A program made the translations under genes and the position numbers. A DNA stretch of 10,942 bases from a candidate division WOR-3 bacterium (GTDB lineage Bacteria > Hydrothermota > Tepidihabitantia > SM23-42 > CAYGYG01). The stretch is from assembly GCA_965648915.1 (NCBI GenBank), contig CBFGIV010000061.1, positions 1 through 10,942 of the forward strand, given 5' to 3'. Below, piece by piece: positions 6,622 through 10,942 of this stretch (positions are counted from its first letter, which is position 1; every line of letters begins with the position of its first letter). Below the pieces are notes generated by a model, which was not told the DNA's origin, did not search any database, and saw only the letters and a list, made by a program, of their open reading frames with translations.

Positions 6622-7403
6622 CGATCCAGACCCTGCAGGCAATGAAGGAACGGGGGGAGAAAATAACCGCCCTGACCGCTTATGATTATGGAACCGCGCG
6701 GATTCTGGACGAAGCGGGTATCGAGTTGATCCTGGTGGGCGATTCAGCAGCCAATGTCTTCGGCGGTGAAGATACAACCCTCGGTATTACCCTGAATGAG
6801 ATGTTATACCATACCCGGATCGTTGCCCGGGCCGTCAAGAATGCACTGGTGGTAGCCGATATGCCATTTATGTCTTTTCAGGTCTCGACCTCCCGGACCG
6901 TTGAAAACGCCGGTAAATTTATGAAGGTTGGCGCCCAGGCTGTAAAACTTGAAGGATGTAAACCAGTCTTGAAAACGATTGAACGACTGGTTGCGTTTGG
7001 TATCCCGGTGATGGGCCATATCGGGCTCCTGCCCCAGTCGGTTCATAAACTTGGTGGCTATCGGCTTCAGGGCAAGACCGAAAAAGAACAGAAACAATTG
7101 CTGGAAGAGGCAAAACTTCTCGAAACCTCAGGATGTTTTGCAATTGTGCTTGAAAAGATACCCGCGGACCTGGCGCGCAGAATTACTGCGGAAATAAAGA
7201 TTCCAACCATCGGGATCGGCGCTGGTCCAGATTGTGATGGTCAGATATTGGTGATTCACGACATTTTGGGAATGTTTGAAGACTTTAAACCTAAATTTGT
7301 TAAGCGTTATGCTGAGGTCGGTAAGATAATCAGGGAGGCGGTTATAAAATATAGAGATGAAGTAAAGACAAAGAAATTTCCGGATCAGGACCATTCATTT
7401 TAG
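6597..7403 (+). CDS. panB: 3-methyl-2-oxobutanoate hydroxymethyltransferase
   Basis: LTAYDY, ILVGDS, VVADMPFMS, AVKLEG, PVMGHIGLLPQ, PTIGIGAGPDCDGQILV and PKFVKRY motifs. Confidence 0.97.
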   Translation: MARKINQITIQTLQAMKERGEKITALTAYDYGTARILDEAGIELILVGDSAANVFGGEDTTLGITLNEMLYHTRIVARAVKNALVVADMPFMSFQVSTSRTVENAGKFMKVGAQAVKLEGCKPVLKTIERLVAFGIPVMGHIGLLPQSVHKLGGYRLQGKTEKEQKQLLEEAKLLETSGCFAIVLEKIPADLARRITAEIKIPTIGIGAGPDCDGQILVIHDILGMFEDFKPKFVKRYAEVGKIIREAVIKYRDEVKTKKFPDQDHSF

Positions 7404-7421
7404 GCAAACCGTAAATCACAA

Positions 7422-8507
7422 TCAGCCATCATCACCGTATTTCTGAAAGAGTCTTCCCCATTCAGATTTCAGGATATCTTTGACCCGTTTTTTACCAATA
7501 AGGTTATACCAGAAAAAATCATAATAGAGTTTTGAGGCCACATATGACCAGGGAACGATCCTGGTCCTGAGCAGGATTTTCTCAAACGGTTTTAAAGGCC
7601 CCCAGTAGATTGCCTTCTGTCCCCTTGAGGCGAATGTGTCTCTGTCCTTGAATCCAAAGTTTACCTGAGAAATATCCTCACCCACCACTTCAATCTCTTT
7701 AGGATTACCGACACCGAAACCTCTTTCATGGGCAAGGCGGATATATTTTAAGGCCATTGGATCAAAACCCATCATCCGGGCAGCAACCGCATCGATCGCC
7801 ACCATATCGCCACTTGCCAGGATATAATTTTTTATGTGCGGCACCATCGCCCTTGGTCCGGCGCCATCGCCAGCAATCGTCCCATCCATAAGGGCGAAGA
7901 GACCGGGGTGAATCTCCTGTTGAATCATCAGGAGATCAACGAGGGTTTCATTGATTACGCCGTGAGTCCAGTGCCGATTGTCATTTAAGAGGCCGCCAAA
8001 GGCATTCTTCATTGCCCCGGTCGTTCGGGTAAAGACATGGGTCTTCATTGTTGGTAAATGGACAGCATTCTTACCGATAAAGAGTTCGGGGATTTGAATA
8101 CCATCGGGATAGACTTTATCCAGAACAAGGAGTCGACCCCGGGGTTTGTAGATTGTCCATCTTATATCGGGTTTATAGAGATAGACGAATCTGAGATGAT
8201 ATTTTTTTGCCACCGAGATCAGATGGTTCTTTACCGCACCAATCTCAGGATTGACAACTACGGTTCGGTTCTGAGCCGGAATAAGGTTTTTATAGCCCGC
8301 ATCCTTGAGTACCTTTACCACCCCTTCAAACTGCCAGGGGGTTGTTGAGCAGGCGGGAAAGTAATGGTGCCATGAGATGTTAATCTTGAGGATTGTATCA
8401 TAATTGAGTGGTAGTGCTGACCGAAAATCGGCAAGATGCATCAGATGTTCAATATCTTCGATAATTGTCCCGGGATTGGTCTTTATGACCGCAACTCTGG
8501 CTCTCAT
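7422..8507 (-). CDS. DUF362 domain protein
   Basis: ILKIN...STTP, LPTMKTH, TGAMKNAFG, DGTIAGDGAGP and DMVAIDAVAARMMGFDP match DUF362 hallmarks; no ferredoxin Cys cluster. Confidence 0.85.
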   Translation of the reverse strand: MRARVAVIKTNPGTIIEDIEHLMHLADFRSALPLNYDTILKINISWHHYFPACSTTPWQFEGVVKVLKDAGYKNLIPAQNRTVVVNPEIGAVKNHLISVAKKYHLRFVYLYKPDIRWTIYKPRGRLLVLDKVYPDGIQIPELFIGKNAVHLPTMKTHVFTRTTGAMKNAFGGLLNDNRHWTHGVINETLVDLLMIQQEIHPGLFALMDGTIAGDGAGPRAMVPHIKNYILASGDMVAIDAVAARMMGFDPMALKYIRLAHERGFGVGNPKEIEVVGEDISQVNFGFKDRDTFASRGQKAIYWGPLKPFEKILLRTRIVPWSYVASKLYYDFFWYNLIGKKRVKDILKSEWGRLFQKYGDDG

Positions 8508-9376
8508 AATCGGAGATAGATGATAACAATACAGACAACTATCCAGAGAATAACATCGATCAGGAGGGGAAGATCACGGAATAAGGCACGTTCGGGGGCA
8601 TCTGCCATTTTTCTTTTATAGGTTATATAGAGATAGCGGAAGATACCGTAGATAACAAAAGGAATTGTGAAACTGAGGTCCTTGGTATTGAATTTTTCAA
8701 TCGTCTCTGGTGAGAGGGTATAGAGACAGTATGCAACAATTGAGGCCGATGCGACGATCGATATCATCTGATCGAGAAGAACCGGAGAATAATGGGCCAG
8801 GCTCGGTCGATGATGGGCAGCAGTCTCTTCCAGCAGGGTAAATTCGTAACGGCGTTTGCTGATGGCGAGAAAAAGCGACAATAGTATAGTGCAAATTAAA
8901 AGCCAGGACGATATTTCAACATCTATCACTATCACACCTGCGATTGCCCTGAGCACAAAACCAAAAGAGAGGACGATGACATCGATAATGACGATGTGTT
9001 TGAGATAGAATGAATATCCGATCATCAACAGAAGATAAATGGTTGCAATCAGAAAGAGACCGCGGTCGGCAAAATATGCCCAGATGATAGCAATAACAAT
9101 TAAAATTGACCCAACCCGGCTTGCGGAATAGGGAGAAATTAGTCCGGCGGCAATCGGTCGTTTTCGTTTGTTGGGATGTTGCCGGTCTTCAAAAGCATCA
9201 AAGATATCGTTAATGATGTAATTACCACTGACCAGGAGGCAGAAGATAAAAAAGGTCTCTCCAACCCTGACCAGATCATTAAGATTTAGAAGATGTTGTG
9301 CAAAGATAATTCCTGCAAAGACAATAAGATTTTTTGTCCACTGTGTGGGCCGAAAGAGTCTTATCCAATTCTTCAT
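8504..9376 (-). CDS. UbiA-family polyprenyl-phosphate phosphoribosyltransferase (DPPR synthase-like)
   Basis: RPTQWTKNL, YIINDIFDAFEDRQHPNKRKRPIAAG, YSFYLKH, GFVLRAIAG, KRRYE and PFVIYGIFRY motifs; multiple TM helices. Confidence 0.88.
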   Translation of the reverse strand: MKNWIRLFRPTQWTKNLIVFAGIIFAQHLLNLNDLVRVGETFFIFCLLVSGNYIINDIFDAFEDRQHPNKRKRPIAAGLISPYSASRVGSILIVIAIIWAYFADRGLFLIATIYLLLMIGYSFYLKHIVIIDVIVLSFGFVLRAIAGVIVIDVEISSWLLICTILLSLFLAISKRRYEFTLLEETAAHHRPSLAHYSPVLLDQMISIVASASIVAYCLYTLSPETIEKFNTKDLSFTIPFVIYGIFRYLYITYKRKMADAPERALFRDLPLLIDVILWIVVCIVIIYLRL

Positions 9377-9408
9377 AAATTGGGAAAATGATTCTTGTTA
9401 AACTATTA

Positions 9409-10773
9409 TCAAAATTCGGTCACCCCGGTAAAGTTGAAGTTATCGATCTTTAAGGCCGGGACGATCGAACCGGTTACGAAACGACCTTGATAGCCAATGC
9501 CACTGCCGATTAAAACTGTCTTATTTGAAATTGCAACCAGGTTATTGAGGGCTTCGACAATTGACTGGGTAAATCTAAGATTCTTGACCCCATTGACAAT
9601 GGCACCGTTTTCGATCAGAAATGTTCCATCCCTGGTCATCCCGGTAATGACTGTCTTCATCGGCTCAACCGTATTGGTATAATGAAACCTTGTTATCAGG
9701 ATACCTTTTTGAGTAGTAGCAATCATATCTTTCAGTGATGTTTGACCCGCTTTCATCACCATATTCAGAGGTATCGGGCCGGCATAATTGGGCTGGACCA
9801 GGGCATGGCCAGTCGATTCCTTGCCTTCTTTATACGCAGTATAGGAGTCATAGGCAATTTCCCGGGCAATACCATTCTCAATCAATTTCAATCTTTTCTT
9901 CGGCACGCCTTCAAAATCAAATGGAAATGCAAAACCTCTTTTATCATAGGCATCATCCAACAGGGTTATTCGTTCATCAACAATCTTTGTTCCCAGTTTT
10001 CCCTTAAGGAAAGAACGCCCCTCCTGGTATAACTTTGCCCCGAAGCCGAGCCAGCCCAGAAAATTTAACATCTCGGCAACTGCCAGTGGTTCAAGAATCA
10101 CCGTATAGCGACCCGGTGGCAGAGCAATAGGCCTCTGGCTCTTTTGGGCCTTATCAATTGCGATCCGGGCAAATTTCTCAACATCAAAATCCTGGACATC
10201 GCGCGCCGAGATCTCAGCATAACCGCTCGAGTCTTCACCCATCATTACAATATTACAATAAGCATCGGTTGCGAGGTTATAGGCCAATATACCAAGCGAA
10301 TTACCAATCCCGGTCTCACAGGTTCCGGTAGTAAAAGAGCCATAGGCTTTGAGCCCTGACGATTGAGCAAGTTTAATTATTGAGTTTACTGCTCGGGCCC
10401 TTGCCTCAGGTGAAAAATTTGCGGTTGATCTATAGAAAGAGGGAATTGATTTATAATTCTTTTTATGGACATAGGGCAGACTCCGGAAGTCAGGATTTTC
10501 GGGTTGAAGTTTAGTTAGGGTGATGGCATTTTCGATGGTCTCGTCTATCTTCTTCTTGAAAATTTGATTGGTCATCGCAATTCCGACCCGTTTACCGATA
10601 ACTGTTCTAATCACTACACCCGTATTCTCTTCGCCAACATTCTGATGGATATAGTTGTTGGCGTATCTTGTTAAGTACGAGGTATAATTCATTACCAGAA
10701 CCTCGGCCTGATCGGTTCGACATCTTTTCAGAATATAATTTATAAGATTAAAGAGCCTCTTCTTACCGAGCAT
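9409..10773 (-). CDS. TldD/PmbA family protein, PmbA/TldE-like (no HExxGH motif)
   Basis: TRYANNYIHQN, PGRYTVILEP, PFDFEG, TGHA, TGMTRDGTFLIENG and VPALKIDNFNFT motifs; SD GGAGGT at 10777-10782 (minus strand). Confidence 0.9.
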   Translation of the reverse strand: MLGKKRLFNLINYILKRCRTDQAEVLVMNYTSYLTRYANNYIHQNVGEENTGVVIRTVIGKRVGIAMTNQIFKKKIDETIENAITLTKLQPENPDFRSLPYVHKKNYKSIPSFYRSTANFSPEARARAVNSIIKLAQSSGLKAYGSFTTGTCETGIGNSLGILAYNLATDAYCNIVMMGEDSSGYAEISARDVQDFDVEKFARIAIDKAQKSQRPIALPPGRYTVILEPLAVAEMLNFLGWLGFGAKLYQEGRSFLKGKLGTKIVDERITLLDDAYDKRGFAFPFDFEGVPKKRLKLIENGIAREIAYDSYTAYKEGKESTGHALVQPNYAGPIPLNMVMKAGQTSLKDMIATTQKGILITRFHYTNTVEPMKTVITGMTRDGTFLIENGAIVNGVKNLRFTQSIVEALNNLVAISNKTVLIGSGIGYQGRFVTGSIVPALKIDNFNFTGVTEF

Positions 10774-10802
10774 TTTACCTCCGGGATAAAAAAATTCAGG
10801 AT

Positions 10803-10831
10803 ATTATAAGTCAAATTTCAATTTCTGTCAA
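10803..10831 (-). promoter_or_regulatory. Consensus sigma70 promoter for the PmbA-UbiA-DUF362 operon
   Basis: Minus strand TTGACA (10831-10826), 17-nt spacer, TATAAT (10808-10803). Confidence 0.85.
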
Positions 10832-10942
10832 TTCAGTAAATAGATTTTTGTATGGGGCCAACACATATTGACCACCCTTCCAGTATGAGCTGGAAGAAAT
10901 CGAGTCTAAATCTACCGGCGGAAAGAGAGCAAAAGATTTATG

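Noticed and set aside
7404..7421. Bidirectional terminator between panB and DUF362
   Set aside because: The gap is only 18 nt and contains no hairpin.
10811..10942. Partial gene at the right edge (minus frame open to TGA at 10811-10813; plus frame open from ATG 10852) and hairpin CTTCCAG/CTGGAAG (10878-10897)
   Set aside because: Both frames are short and unrecognisable and the hairpin has no T tract; not resolvable without flanking sequence.

Overview
Bacterial chromosomal window; the taxon cannot be fixed from sequence alone. Positions 1-148 look like one end of an insertion sequence (TGT-type terminus plus three direct repeats, IS1202/IS481-like). A near-consensus sigma70 promoter follows, then an unannotated leader: a 22-aa uORF whose last codons can form an antiterminator competing with a strong intrinsic terminator, directly upstream of an ABC-2 exporter (ATPase + permease). 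Next on + come an ECF transporter (QueT-like S component, fused dual ATPase, EcfT), an unlisted 54-aa Arg/Lys-rich protein with its own promoter and SD, a PyrE-like phosphoribosyltransferase with a ~120-aa unexplained N-terminal extension, and panB. A convergent minus-strand operon encodes PmbA/TldE-like, UbiA-family (DPPR-synthase-like) and DUF362 proteins behind a perfect TTGACA-17-TATAAT promoter. The strongest novel candidate is the ribosome-controlled attenuator at 229-360. All family calls rest on motif recognition, not database searches.
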